Assembly (NCBI GenBank): GCA_035525215.1
Contig: DATLEY010000053.1
Coordinates: 4,598-68,597, forward strand
Source of the DNA: Thermoanaerobaculia bacterium
GTDB lineage: Bacteria > Acidobacteriota > Thermoanaerobaculia > Gp7-AA8
Length of the DNA stretch: 64,000 bases
Direction: 5' to 3'
Part shown: in pieces, positions 37,291-46,768 of the stretch
Position numbering within the stretch: position 1 is the first letter of the stretch
How the letters are laid out: each line of letters begins with the position of its first letter
Program-made: the position numbers and the translations under genes
The notes under the pieces: model-generated
Seen by the model: only the letters and a program-made list of their open reading frames with translations
What the model was told of the DNA's origin: nothing
The model's database searches: none

Positions 37291-37521
37291 GGTCATTCAG
37301 AGTGGCGCACGGGAGGACGAGGTTGAGAGACGATTGGTCTCGCGGCCGAAGAATCTCAGAATGCGCAGGCCGTCATCGGGTTCTTGTGCCGGTGCACTCG
37401 CATCGTACGAACGCGTCTGGACGTGTATAAGAACCCGACAGTGATCACCGCGGCTGAGATCCTTCGGCCGCGACGCCAGCTCATCTTCTGCCCGGCTGGC
37501 GCTTGCGGCCTCTGAATGACC
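37291..37521. mobile_element. ~230-bp MITE-like palindromic element, copy B
   Basis: Same orientation as copy A and roughly nine-tenths identical by eye over the full length. Ends ggtcattcagag...cggcctctgaatgacc. Confidence 0.65.
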
Positions 37522-37636
37522 ACCTCCCTCTGCCTTCCGCCTCCGAATCACCTCCCCCCACCGCCCGGAGGCCGGCGGAACCCCACTCCCGGTTCGTGGA
37601 AATTCGGATCCCTCCCCTCGCCGTTTCGGAGGCTTC

Positions 37637-38620
37637 ATGAAAGCTCTCGCGCCGCTTCTCCTTCTGCTCTCCCTTCCCCTCACAGCCGCGGACCCCGGGG
37701 TCGTTGCGACGTTCGGTGATGTGAAGATCACCGAGACCGACATCAGGGGGCCGATCGAGAATCAGCTTCGCCAACTTCGGGACGCGGAATACAACCTGAA
37801 GCGGCAAGCGATCGAGCAGCACGTTTTCCAGCTCATTCGCGCACGGATGGCTGCGAAGGACCAGATCACCGACGAGGCGCTCTGGAAACGCGAGGTCGAA
37901 GGAAAAATCGTGGCACCGGCCGCCGCGGAAGTCGATGCGCTGGTGCAGCAGTACCGCAACCGCCTTCCTGCGGACGAAGCGCAGGCTAAGAAAGTGATCT
38001 TCGATGCGATACGACAGCAGCGGATTCAGGAGCGGGAGCGCGTCTGGCGGAGCGAGCTGCTTGCAGCCGCTGATTTCGATCTCCTGCTCGAACCGGTGCG
38101 TTACTCGATCCCGACGCTGCCGGGCGATGCAGCGACAGGCCCGGCCGGTGCGCCGGTGACCATCGTAGAGTTTTCCGATTTCCAATGCCCTTACTGCGCT
38201 CAGAGTCAGACTCTGATGGAACAGATCAAAAAACAGTACGGGGATCGCGTGCGGTTCGTCTTCAAGCAGCTCCCGCTGGACATTCATGCGGAGGCCCGAT
38301 TCGCCGCCGAAGCCTCCCTCTGCGCGCGCGATCAGGAAAAATTCACGGAGCTGCACGACTGGCTTTTTGCCAATCCGAGCAGGATCAACATCGAGACCCT
38401 GAAGGAAGTGACGCCGGAAATGGGGCTCGATGTCTCCGCCTTCGAGAAATGTCTCGTCGAGAAGCGGCACGCGGCCGCCGTCGAGGAACAGATCGCTTCG
38501 GCGACGGCGATGGGAATCGGCAGCACTCCGACTTTCTTCATCAACGGACGCAAGGTTGGCGAGCGGAGCCTGGAATCATTCGCGCGGATGATCGACGAAG
38601 AGCTCCCCCGGGTGAAGTAG
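37637..38620 (+). CDS. secreted DsbA-family thioredoxin-fold protein with N-terminal SurA-like helical region
   Basis: Signal peptide, FSDFQCPYCAQS and GIGSTPTFFING. Confidence 0.75.
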   Translation: MKALAPLLLLLSLPLTAADPGVVATFGDVKITETDIRGPIENQLRQLRDAEYNLKRQAIEQHVFQLIRARMAAKDQITDEALWKREVEGKIVAPAAAEVDALVQQYRNRLPADEAQAKKVIFDAIRQQRIQERERVWRSELLAAADFDLLLEPVRYSIPTLPGDAATGPAGAPVTIVEFSDFQCPYCAQSQTLMEQIKKQYGDRVRFVFKQLPLDIHAEARFAAEASLCARDQEKFTELHDWLFANPSRINIETLKEVTPEMGLDVSAFEKCLVEKRHAAAVEEQIASATAMGIGSTPTFFINGRKVGERSLESFARMIDEELPRVK

Positions 38621-38648
38621 GGATTTTCCAAACTTGCCCCTTGCGAGC

Positions 38649-38690
38649 AAACGAACGATCGTACTATTTTAATCGCACGACCGTTCGATT
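38649..38690. promoter_or_regulatory. candidate TetR operator palindrome overlapping a candidate promoter
   Basis: AACGAACGATCGT - 14 nt - ACGACCGTTCGATT (imperfect inverted repeat). TTGCGA at 38641, an 18-nt spacer, then TATTTT. The site lies upstream of the thioesterase-tetR pair. Confidence 0.35.
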
Positions 38691-38704
38691 CACTGGGAGA
38701 TTCC

Positions 38705-39175
38705 ATGACCGCGACCGCCCTCGATTTCAGCTTCGAGCTCAATCCGAAGTTCCGCTACACCAGCCGGGTCCACTGGGACGAGCTGGATCCCCTCCAGATG
38801 CTTCATAACTCACGATTCGCCGCTCATGTCGAGCGGGCCGTCATCGCTTTTTACGAGAGCGCCGGGTACCGGTGGACGATGACGGTCTCGGAGAATCCGG
38901 ACCAGTTTCACGTCGTGCGCGACTTTCACATCGAGTTCCTGGCTCCGGTGGCGCGGCCGGGCGATCTCCACGTCGAGATCTGGGTCGAACACCTCGGAAC
39001 GACCAGTTGCATCTATGGCTTCCGTTGTACGAGTCAGGATGGGGCGATCACTCACGCCCGCGGAAACCGGACCATCATCAAGCTCGATCCCGAGACGAAA
39101 CGCCCCGCCGCATGGACCGACTCCTTCCAGCGCGTGCATCGCGAGATTCGCAAAGATCTCCCGGCGGCCCCATGA
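38705..39175 (+). CDS. hotdog-fold acyl-CoA thioesterase (4HBT/YbgC-like)
   Basis: Length ~155 aa. RVHWDELDPLQMLHNSRF is typical of 4HBT. Confidence 0.7.
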   Translation: MTATALDFSFELNPKFRYTSRVHWDELDPLQMLHNSRFAAHVERAVIAFYESAGYRWTMTVSENPDQFHVVRDFHIEFLAPVARPGDLHVEIWVEHLGTTSCIYGFRCTSQDGAITHARGNRTIIKLDPETKRPAAWTDSFQRVHREIRKDLPAAP

Positions 39176-39804
39176 TGACTCCGGTCATCGCAGAAACAGC
39201 AGCGCCGAAAGGGGAGCGCACGCGTCGCGCGATTCTCGAAACCGCGGTCGACATGGCCTCCGCCGAAGGACTGGAAGGGCTGACCATCGGGCGCCTCGCT
39301 TCCGGGCTCGAGATGAGCAAGAGCGGTCTATTCGCGCATTTCGGCTCCAAAGAAGAGCTGCAGCTCGCGTGCGTGGAAGCCGCGCGCGAGATCTTTCTCA
39401 GCGAGGTGATTCGTCCGGCGCTCCGTGCTCCCCGCGGGATCGCCCGGCTTCGAGCCCTGTGCGAGCAATGGATCTCCTATGCCGAGCGGAAGGTGTTCCG
39501 GGGTGGATGCTTTTTCGACGCTGCCGCCGCCGAATTCGACAGCCGTCCGGGAGAGGTCCGCGACCGCGTCGCCGCGACCTGGCGCGACTGGCTCGCCATG
39601 CTCGAGTCGGCCGCGCGCAAAGCTCAGGAAGTCGGCGAGCTCGATCCCGAGATCGACCCGAGCCAGGTCGCCTATGAGCTGAACGCGCTGGTGACCGCGG
39701 CCAACCGAAGCTCGCAGCTTCTCGAGGACGAGGCGGCCTGGAACCGGGCGCGGTCGGCGGCGCGGCGGCTGATCGATTCCCTCGCTGTGGCCCGGCAATC
39801 GTAG
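39172..39804 (+). CDS. TetR/AcrR family transcriptional regulator
   Basis: N-terminal HTH (RRAILETAVDMASAEGLEGLTIGRLASGLEMSKSGLFAHFGSKEELQ). ATGA overlap with the thioesterase. Confidence 0.85.
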   Translation: MMTPVIAETAAPKGERTRRAILETAVDMASAEGLEGLTIGRLASGLEMSKSGLFAHFGSKEELQLACVEAAREIFLSEVIRPALRAPRGIARLRALCEQWISYAERKVFRGGCFFDAAAAEFDSRPGEVRDRVAATWRDWLAMLESAARKAQEVGELDPEIDPSQVAYELNALVTAANRSSQLLEDEAAWNRARSAARRLIDSLAVARQS

Positions 39805-39905
39805 GCTCAGGCTCTCCATCGTCCGCCGTTCCGGCATCCAGCGCGCCGGGTACTCTCCGCGATGCGGGTAGAATCGCGCCATCCTGGGTCCGAAGGAGTT
39901 TCGAA

Positions 39906-42146
39906 ATGCGCCGTCTCCTCGTCCTGATCCTCATCGCAGCCGCCTCTCTGGCCGCGACTCCCCCTTCCGGCATGCTCGGATTTTCACCCGCTCGCGCCGA
40001 GTCTCAGAGAGATCTCGAGGAGCAGTTCGACGCGCTTCTCAATCGCGAGAATCTGGACCAGTGGCTCAAAGAGCTTTCCGCGCAGCCGCATCACGCGGGA
40101 TCTCCCGGAAGCAAGGCCGTCGCCGAGTCGATCGCCCAGAAGTTCCGCTCGTGGGGATTCGACACCGAGATCGATACGTACCACGTTCTTCTGCCGACGC
40201 CGCGCACCCGCAAGCTCGAGCTCATCGCTCCGACCCGCTACGAAGCGAAGCTGGAGGAACCCGCGCTCGAAGGGGACGCGACCTCCTCGATCCGCGAGGG
40301 ATCTCTTCCTCCCTATCATGCTTACTCGATCGACGGCGACGTGACGGGCGAGCTCGTTTACGTGAATTACGGGATCCCCGGCGACTATGAGACCCTCGAG
40401 TCCCTCGGAATCAGCGTCGCGGGAAAAATCGTGATCGCCCGATATGGTGGATCGTGGCGGGGAATCAAGCCGAAAGTCGCCGCCGAGCATGGAGCGATCG
40501 GCTGCATCATCTACTCCGATCCCCGCGACGACGGCTACTTCCAGGGCGACGTCTATCCGGAGGGAGCTTTCAAGAATGAATGGGGTGTGCAGCGGGGGTC
40601 GGTCATGGACATGCCGCTCCATCCGGGCGATCCCCTCACACCCGGCGTGGGATCGACACGTGACGCGAAACGTCTTCCCATCGAGGAAGCGAAGACGCTG
40701 ACGCGCATCCCCGTTCTCCCGATTTCCTACGGCGACGCCCTGCCGCTCCTTCGGGCGATCGGCGGACCGGTGGCGCCGCTGGCCTGGCGTGGCGCGTTGC
40801 CGATCACCTATCACGTCGGGCCCGGGCCGGCGCGCGTGCGCCTTGCGCTCGAGTTCAACTGGAACACGGTGCCGGCTCATAACGTGATCGCCAGACTGCG
40901 CGGCGCCGAGAGGCCCGACGAGTGGGTCATCCGCGGCAACCATCACGACGGCTGGAACTTCGGCGCGAACGACCCGCTCAGCGGAATGGTGGCCCTGATG
41001 GAGGAAGCGCGGGCAGTCGGCCAGCTCGCAAGAAACGGGTGGAAGCCGAAGCGGACCATGGTGTACGCAGGGTGGGACGCCGAGGAGCAGGGCCTTCTCG
41101 GCTCCACCGAATGGGCCGAGCATCATGCCAGTGAGCTGAAGCGGAAGGCGGTCATCTACATCAACACCGACTCGAACGGCCGGGGCTTTCTCTACGCGGG
41201 CGCTTCGCATTCGCTCGAGCGTCTGATCAACGAAGCCGCTCGCGAGGTGACCGACCCGCAGCGGAAGATGTCAGTCTGGCAGCGAATGAGAGCAGGGATC
41301 ATCGCCGGAGGCGGCGAGGACGCGGCCGCGGCCCGGGACGCCGTCGACCTGCCCGTCTCGGCTCTCGGCTCGGGATCCGACTACACCCCCTTCCTGCAGC
41401 ATCTCGGCATCGCCTCGGTGCACGTCGGTTTCGGTGGCGAGAATGCCGGCGGCTCCTATCACTCGATTTACGACTCGTACGATCACTATTCACGCTTCGG
41501 CGATCCTGGCTTCCATTACGGAATCGCACTGGCCCGCGTGGCCGGCCGGCTGGCTCTCCGTTTCGCGGAAGCGGACATCCTCCCCTTCCGCTTCACCAAC
41601 TTCGCGACCACCGTCGAGGAGTACGTCGGCGAGGTCGAAAAGCTGACCGATACGATGCGGAAGGAAACCGAGGAGAGGAACTGGAAGATCCGGGAAGGGA
41701 TCTTCGAAGCAGCGGCGGATCCAACGAAGCCCTTCATTGCGCTCGTGCCGAAAGATCCGGTCCCGCATCTCGAGCTTGCCGTGCTGCGGAACGCAGCGGG
41801 GCGCGTGAAGGAAAGCGCCGCTCGTTACGATGCGGCCGCTCAGAAGAGCCTCGCGGAAGGTACGCTGACATCGAGCCAACGCGGCCGGCTCAATCAGCTC
41901 CTGGCCGGCGCGGAGCGAATGCTCACCAACGAAGCCGGACTCCCGGGCCGTCCCTGGTTCAAGCATCAGGTCTATGCCCCCGGTTTCTATACGGGGTATG
42001 GCGTGAAAACGCTCCCCGGAGTTCGCGAGGCCATCGAACAGCGCGAGTGGAGTCAGGCGGAGGAGCAGGCGAAGGTGATCGCGGCCGTGCTCGACCGGTT
42101 CGCCTCGCACCTGGATCAGGCGACCGCGGCCCTGGGATCGAATTGA
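39906..42146 (+). CDS. M28 family peptidase with PA and transferrin-receptor-like dimerisation domains (glutamate carboxypeptidase II-like)
   Basis: Signal peptide. PA-domain insertion (GKIVIARYG). Metal-site context (RGNHHDGW, WDAEEQGLLGSTEW). C-terminal helical dimerisation domain. Confidence 0.8.
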   Translation: MRRLLVLILIAAASLAATPPSGMLGFSPARAESQRDLEEQFDALLNRENLDQWLKELSAQPHHAGSPGSKAVAESIAQKFRSWGFDTEIDTYHVLLPTPRTRKLELIAPTRYEAKLEEPALEGDATSSIREGSLPPYHAYSIDGDVTGELVYVNYGIPGDYETLESLGISVAGKIVIARYGGSWRGIKPKVAAEHGAIGCIIYSDPRDDGYFQGDVYPEGAFKNEWGVQRGSVMDMPLHPGDPLTPGVGSTRDAKRLPIEEAKTLTRIPVLPISYGDALPLLRAIGGPVAPLAWRGALPITYHVGPGPARVRLALEFNWNTVPAHNVIARLRGAERPDEWVIRGNHHDGWNFGANDPLSGMVALMEEARAVGQLARNGWKPKRTMVYAGWDAEEQGLLGSTEWAEHHASELKRKAVIYINTDSNGRGFLYAGASHSLERLINEAAREVTDPQRKMSVWQRMRAGIIAGGGEDAAAARDAVDLPVSALGSGSDYTPFLQHLGIASVHVGFGGENAGGSYHSIYDSYDHYSRFGDPGFHYGIALARVAGRLALRFAEADILPFRFTNFATTVEEYVGEVEKLTDTMRKETEERNWKIREGIFEAAADPTKPFIALVPKDPVPHLELAVLRNAAGRVKESAARYDAAAQKSLAEGTLTSSQRGRLNQLLAGAERMLTNEAGLPGRPWFKHQVYAPGFYTGYGVKTLPGVREAIEQREWSQAEEQAKVIAAVLDRFASHLDQATAALGSN

Positions 42147-42220
42147 CGCGCGCCTTGCGGCTGGCCGGCGTGAGCCGGCTGGTTCTCGGTCGAGGATAGG
42201 AAACACGCGCTTCGCGCGCT

Positions 42221-42243
42221 TACCGGCCGGAGGCCGGCGGTAC
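42221..42243. repeat. dispersed REP hairpin (TTAC subtype)
   Basis: taCCGGCCggaGGCCGGcggtac lies between convergent genes, preceded by gcgcttcgcgcgct as at 49405. Confidence 0.6.
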
Positions 42244-42249
42244 AGTGGC

Positions 42250-43968
42250 TCAGTTCTCTCCAGCTCCGACGAAGACAGGGGTCAGATCGATGGGAATGTC
42301 GCTCAGCCGCGCGATGACTCCGTCGATCTCTGCGTTTTTCACTCCGTACCGGTCGAGAAGCCGTTTCGCCCGGTCGTAATCCCCGAGAGCTTCGATCATG
42401 AGAAGTTCATGGGCCAGCGAGCGGATCGCCTCATCCATCTTCACCATGTCGACCCGGAACCGCCCGTCCCCTGCGGAAACGATCGCCCCCTTCTCCCGGA
42501 ACCAGTTCCACTGAATGGCATTGCCGCGCCCGTGAGCCGAGTCGATGCCGAAGCGCATGCTGCGGAACGCGAGGCCGACCATCGTTCCGTAGAACTGCTC
42601 CTTCGTGAACCCGGTGAGCCACCCATGATCCATGGCGTAAAGAGCAGTCCAGGCTCCGGCCACGTCAGCCTTCGCCTCTTCGATCGTCGAATAGACCTCC
42701 TTCAGGAGAAGCCGCGTGTCGACGCGCTCGCCGGAGGCGGTGGTGATGATTCCGGGCCCGAGGCCATGGGTGAGCTCGTGGAAGAGCACGTAGTTGAAGT
42801 AGGCATCGAAGTCGATGAGAGAAACCTGATCCTGCGCCAGAACGCGCAGGCCGATCGGCTTTCCGCTGATGTCGAACTTCGCCTGCATCACGTTCTTCAG
42901 AAGGACTTTCTTCGATCCCTTCGCTTCGCGTACGCGCTCATCGTTCGGAAGATTGAAGGCCGCGGTCTGAACGCCGGACCGGGCATCTCCTGCCGTGTAA
43001 ATCTCCTGCACCACGCTGATCGGAGATTCGCTTCCACGGTTCGGATTCTCGTGCTCGTCGGGAATCGGAAGGTTCCTCTCCATGTCCGGGAGATGCCGCG
43101 CATAAATCGACAACTTCTCCGACTCGGGGCGGTCGACCACGGTGATGAACGCTTCGAACGCCGCCTTGTAGTTGAAGAGATTGTCTTCGTAGACCTCGTA
43201 GGGGCCGATGACGACTTCGAGCGGTCCGTCGAGATCCATCCAGGCCAGGTCACTCTCGAAGTAGTCGTCGGTCGAGAACGCGAGGGCGCGTTTCTGGAGG
43301 TAATCCTTCAGTGATGCGTTCTTCGTGAGAGCAGCTGCCTCGCGCATTCGCGCCGCCGCGGTTGCGAGAAGATCCTTGTAGTAGACGGAGTAAGGGACCG
43401 CGTAAAGCCGGTCCCCGTCGCGGCGGATCACCGTATGGAGACTGCGGAAGGCCGCGGCGTCTTCCGGATGCGCGGCAATCCACCGCTCCAGCTCTTCCTT
43501 GGTCATGTCAGGCGGATAAAAACCGGCTCCCGGCGGTTTCGCGCCGGCAGCGGGAACGAACGGCTGATCTTCAGCCAGCCTGTCCCACGGTCCCTTCATC
43601 GCGACGAAATAGCGATAGGCTGCTGCGTGATCCTGTGATCCGGTCGCCGCAGCGCTGGCCAGCACCCGGTTCCATTCGTGATTTTTCTCGGAGACCTGAA
43701 GCCAGAAAATCTGATCCATGACTTTCGCCGCTTCGATCAGCTTTTCGACGACCATCCTTTCATTCGAATCGAGAAGACTCCGGTCGTAGTCGATCGGCGT
43801 CGGCGGCAGCTGCGCCGTGCGCTCATCGATGTCGCTCACGACCGCAGGAAGATTCGCAGCGCGCGGCTGCGGGGCGGGAAGGGGGGCCGGCATATCCGCC
43901 GGCGGCGGAGTCGTCGAGCAGGCAGTCAAGGCGATGATGAAGCCGGCAATCAGAAAAGCTCGTCTCAA
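42250..43968 (-). CDS. dipeptidyl-peptidase 3 (M49)-like zinc hydrolase, lipoprotein
   Basis: FHELTHGLGPG and EEAKADVAGAW resemble the NUDT3/DPP3-family metal sites (from memory). TTG start at 43968 lies 8 nt after AAGGAG and gives the lipobox (IIALTAC). Confidence 0.6.
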   Translation of the reverse strand: MRRAFLIAGFIIALTACSTTPPPADMPAPLPAPQPRAANLPAVVSDIDERTAQLPPTPIDYDRSLLDSNERMVVEKLIEAAKVMDQIFWLQVSEKNHEWNRVLASAAATGSQDHAAAYRYFVAMKGPWDRLAEDQPFVPAAGAKPPGAGFYPPDMTKEELERWIAAHPEDAAAFRSLHTVIRRDGDRLYAVPYSVYYKDLLATAAARMREAAALTKNASLKDYLQKRALAFSTDDYFESDLAWMDLDGPLEVVIGPYEVYEDNLFNYKAAFEAFITVVDRPESEKLSIYARHLPDMERNLPIPDEHENPNRGSESPISVVQEIYTAGDARSGVQTAAFNLPNDERVREAKGSKKVLLKNVMQAKFDISGKPIGLRVLAQDQVSLIDFDAYFNYVLFHELTHGLGPGIITTASGERVDTRLLLKEVYSTIEEAKADVAGAWTALYAMDHGWLTGFTKEQFYGTMVGLAFRSMRFGIDSAHGRGNAIQWNWFREKGAIVSAGDGRFRVDMVKMDEAIRSLAHELLMIEALGDYDRAKRLLDRYGVKNAEIDGVIARLSDIPIDLTPVFVGAGEN

Positions 43969-43973
43969 GGCTC

Positions 43974-44759
43974 TTACTCCTTTTCTCGAAGAACGGACGT
44001 CCTGTTTTCGTTTCGCGAGCGGCTGGCCATGTCGAGCATCGCTCGTGCCGCGGCGGCCGCACCAAAGCCATTGTCGATATTTACGACCGTAATCCCCGGG
44101 GCGCAGGCATTCAACATCGAGAGCAGGGCGGCGAGGCCCTGAAAGCTGGCGCCGTAGCCGACCGACGTCGGCACCGCGATCAGCGGATGACGGAAAAGCC
44201 CGCCCACCACCGACGGCAGCGCTCCCTCCATCCCGGCGACGACGATCAGCACGTCCGCCGCGGCGATCATTCCGGTGGAAGCGAGGAGTCTGTGAATCCC
44301 GGCGACGCCGCAATCGTAGGACCGCTCGGTCTCGATGCCGAAGAATCCGAGCGTCCCCGCGGCCTCCTCGGCGACGGCGACGTCCGACGATCCGGCGGCA
44401 AGTACCGCAACCCGGCCCATGGAGGGGCGCGACGAACGCCCGCGCATCAGCAGCGCGCCTTCCTCGTGATATTCGACGTCCGCGAACTGGGCTGCGATCC
44501 GTTTCCCCTTCTCGGGCGAGACCTTCGTCGCCAGCACGGGAAGATCGCGCGACACGAACCAGCCGAAGATCTCCTCGAGCTGCGCGATGCTTTTCGAAAG
44601 GCCGAACACGACTTCCGGCAAAGCGGTTCGCTCCTGCCTTCCGAGATCGAGCTTGTGATGCCCGACCTGAACGAATCCCCATTCCGTCAGCTCCGCATGA
44701 GCTTCCTCGCTGGAAAGATCTCCCGCGGCGACCCGCTCGAGAATCCGGTCGAGACTCAT
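43974..44759 (-). CDS. larB: nickel-pincer cofactor biosynthesis protein LarB (PurE-like carboxylase/hydrolase)
   Basis: VAVLAAGSSDVAVAEEA..., VVAGMEGALPSVVGGL, IAVPTSVGYGASF.G.AALLSMLN.CAPG..VVNIDNGFGAA. ATGA overlap with larE. Confidence 0.8.
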   Translation of the reverse strand: MSLDRILERVAAGDLSSEEAHAELTEWGFVQVGHHKLDLGRQERTALPEVVFGLSKSIAQLEEIFGWFVSRDLPVLATKVSPEKGKRIAAQFADVEYHEEGALLMRGRSSRPSMGRVAVLAAGSSDVAVAEEAAGTLGFFGIETERSYDCGVAGIHRLLASTGMIAAADVLIVVAGMEGALPSVVGGLFRHPLIAVPTSVGYGASFQGLAALLSMLNACAPGITVVNIDNGFGAAAAARAMLDMASRSRNENRTSVLREKE

Positions 44760-45595
44760 TGCAGCGTGCTCCGGTTCAGTTTTCCCGACTCGAAACCTTC
44801 GAGATCGAGAGAGACGAGCGCGGCGCCAGCCTGCCTCGCTTCCTCCAGGAGAATGGCGCGCATCCCGGGCTCCACGGCGCGGGGGATATCGGCCTGCTGC
44901 AACTCGATCCGCATCTGACGCCCGTCGAATCGCGCGCGGCAGACCTCGAAGCCGAGATCGTGCAGTCGCGCTTCCATCCGCTCCACGGCGCTCAGCTTTT
45001 CGATGGTCACTTCCGAACCATAGGGGATTCGAGAGGAGAGACAGGGAGCGGCCGGCTTGTCCCAAAGCTCGAGTCCGAGCTCTCTCGCGATGGCCCGGAT
45101 GCGCTCTTTCCCGAGGCCGCTGTCGCGGAGAGGCGCGTGAACGCCGAACTGCGAGGCGGCCCTGTGACCGGGGCGATGATCGCCGACGTCATCGAGCGTG
45201 AAGCCGTAGGCGATCGCATCCCATCCTTCCGCCGCGGCGATTGCGGCGCAGGTTTCAAAGAGGGTCTGCTTGCAGAAGAAACAGCGATCGCGATCGTTCT
45301 TGACGTAATCGGGGCGGCTCATCTCGTCGGTGGCGACGACGCGGTGCTCGACCCCGAGCGAACGGGCGAAGTCGATGGCCCCGGCGAGCTCCCGGCGAGG
45401 CATTGAGGGAGAGTCCGCCGTCAAAGCAACGACATCGGATCCCAGCACCCGCGCAGCCGCGGCGAGCAGCACGCCGGAATCAACGCCGCCGGAAAAGGCG
45501 ACGATGAGGCGTCCGAGGGGACGGATTTCTCCCTCGAGACGCTCGAGGTCGGCTGAAACGGTTGCCGGGTCGGGGAATTCGTTCGGAACAGTCAT
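44756..45595 (-). CDS. larE: ATP-dependent sacrificial sulfur transferase LarE (PP-loop ATPase)
   Basis: PP-loop (AFSGGVDS), DRCFFCK, and PCLSSR resembling the LarE sacrificial-Cys loop. Confidence 0.8.
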   Translation of the reverse strand: MTVPNEFPDPATVSADLERLEGEIRPLGRLIVAFSGGVDSGVLLAAAARVLGSDVVALTADSPSMPRRELAGAIDFARSLGVEHRVVATDEMSRPDYVKNDRDRCFFCKQTLFETCAAIAAAEGWDAIAYGFTLDDVGDHRPGHRAASQFGVHAPLRDSGLGKERIRAIARELGLELWDKPAAPCLSSRIPYGSEVTIEKLSAVERMEARLHDLGFEVCRARFDGRQMRIELQQADIPRAVEPGMRAILLEEARQAGAALVSLDLEGFESGKLNRSTLQ

Positions 45596-45742
45596 CCGGA
45601 GTCGGAACGCGCTCGGACAGCGCCGGAACTGCATCGATGCAGAACGGCGGCCACCGCGGCGGCGCTCGTCATAAGTCCAACGTGTCATTGAACATTTCAG
45701 TTCGCTTTGTTATCGTCCCGGCAGAGTGTCAGGGCCAGCGCG

Positions 45743-46333
45743 TTGATCATCGAATGCTCACACTGTCACGCGCGGTATGAGTACGACTCCGCGCGGTTCG
45801 CCGGGAAGCCCTCCCGGAAAATCCGCTGCGCCCGCTGCTCCGAGATTTTCGAGATCCTGAATCCCGAACAGGCATCAGCGGGCACCCCCGCGAACAAGGA
45901 AGCCGCCGACAACACGATGGTCCGCGGACGCCGCAGTTATGCCGGAACTTCACGAGACGCGATTCCCGAGATCGAGGATGAAGAGCCGGAAAGCTCGGCG
46001 GACTACGCAGCTCCACTGGAGCTTCCGAAGGACAAACGGTTCTCTCTGGCGATCACGGACGGAGCGGACGCGGCCAGGGTTTTTCGCATCGACCGTGCGC
46101 GCGTCACCCTCGGCCGCTCCGGCGCGGACATCACACTGAATGACGTGGAGACCTCCCGCGAGCACGCGGCGATCGAGGTTCGGGGCGGAGTCGTCTACCT
46201 CGAGGATCTCGGATCGACGAACGGCACGTTCGCCGGCGGCTCACGGATCACACAACCGGTCGAGATCCACAACCATCAGGAGTTCATCGTCGGTACCACG
46301 ACGCTCATGCTCATCGTCACGGCGCTGGAGTGA
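45743..46333 (+). CDS. FHA-domain protein with N-terminal MJ0042-type zinc ribbon
   Basis: (M)IIECSHCHARY...IRCARCSEIF zinc ribbon. FHA core (TLGRSGADITLND..TSREHAAI......LEDLGSTNGTF). The TTG at 45743 is preferred, and the ATG at 45707 is an alternative. Confidence 0.75.
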   Translation: MIIECSHCHARYEYDSARFAGKPSRKIRCARCSEIFEILNPEQASAGTPANKEAADNTMVRGRRSYAGTSRDAIPEIEDEEPESSADYAAPLELPKDKRFSLAITDGADAARVFRIDRARVTLGRSGADITLNDVETSREHAAIEVRGGVVYLEDLGSTNGTFAGGSRITQPVEIHNHQEFIVGTTTLMLIVTALE

Positions 46334-46354
46334 GAAGAAACGAAAGGGAGCTCA

Positions 46355-46768
46355 ATGTCGAGGACCTTCACCATCATCAAGCCCGACTCGGTCGAGAAGG
46401 GTAACTTCGGAAAAATCATCTCCCGGCTCGAAGAGGCCGGTTTCAGAATCGTCGGAATCAAGAAGCTCCATCTCTCGAAGACGCAGGCCGAGGCGTTTTA
46501 CGGCGTTCATCGCGAGCGCCCCTTCTTCGGAGACCTGGTGCGCTACATGACCTCCGGGCCGGTCTACGTCGCTGCTCTCGAGGGAGGCGATGCGGTCGCC
46601 CAGCTCCGGAAGCTCATGGGAGCGACCGATCCAGGGAAGGCGGACGCTGGAACGATCCGGAAAGATTTCGGCGAATCGATCGAGCGGAATGCGATTCATG
46701 GCTCCGATTCCGACGAGAACGCCGCGATCGAGATCGGCTTTTTCTTCGCGCAGTCCGAGCTGGTCTGA
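46355..46768 (+). CDS. ndk: nucleoside-diphosphate kinase
   Basis: RTFTIIKPD...NAIHGSDS (active-site His). Confidence 0.95.
   Translation: MSRTFTIIKPDSVEKGNFGKIISRLEEAGFRIVGIKKLHLSKTQAEAFYGVHRERPFFGDLVRYMTSGPVYVAALEGGDAVAQLRKLMGATDPGKADAGTIRKDFGESIERNAIHGSDSDENAAIEIGFFFAQSELV

Noticed and set aside
42250-44682. Single 810-aa ORF spanning the M49-like gene and upstream sequence
   Set aside because: The N-terminal 238 aa are Arg-rich shadow sequence overlapping larB in another frame. A TTG start with an SD at 43968 gives a clean lipoprotein signal.
43974-45688. N-terminal extensions of larB (to 45065) and larE (to 45688)
   Set aside because: The extensions overlap the upstream gene or lack family similarity. 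The internal ATGs at 44759 and 45595 fit the 4-nt coupling and the family N-termini.
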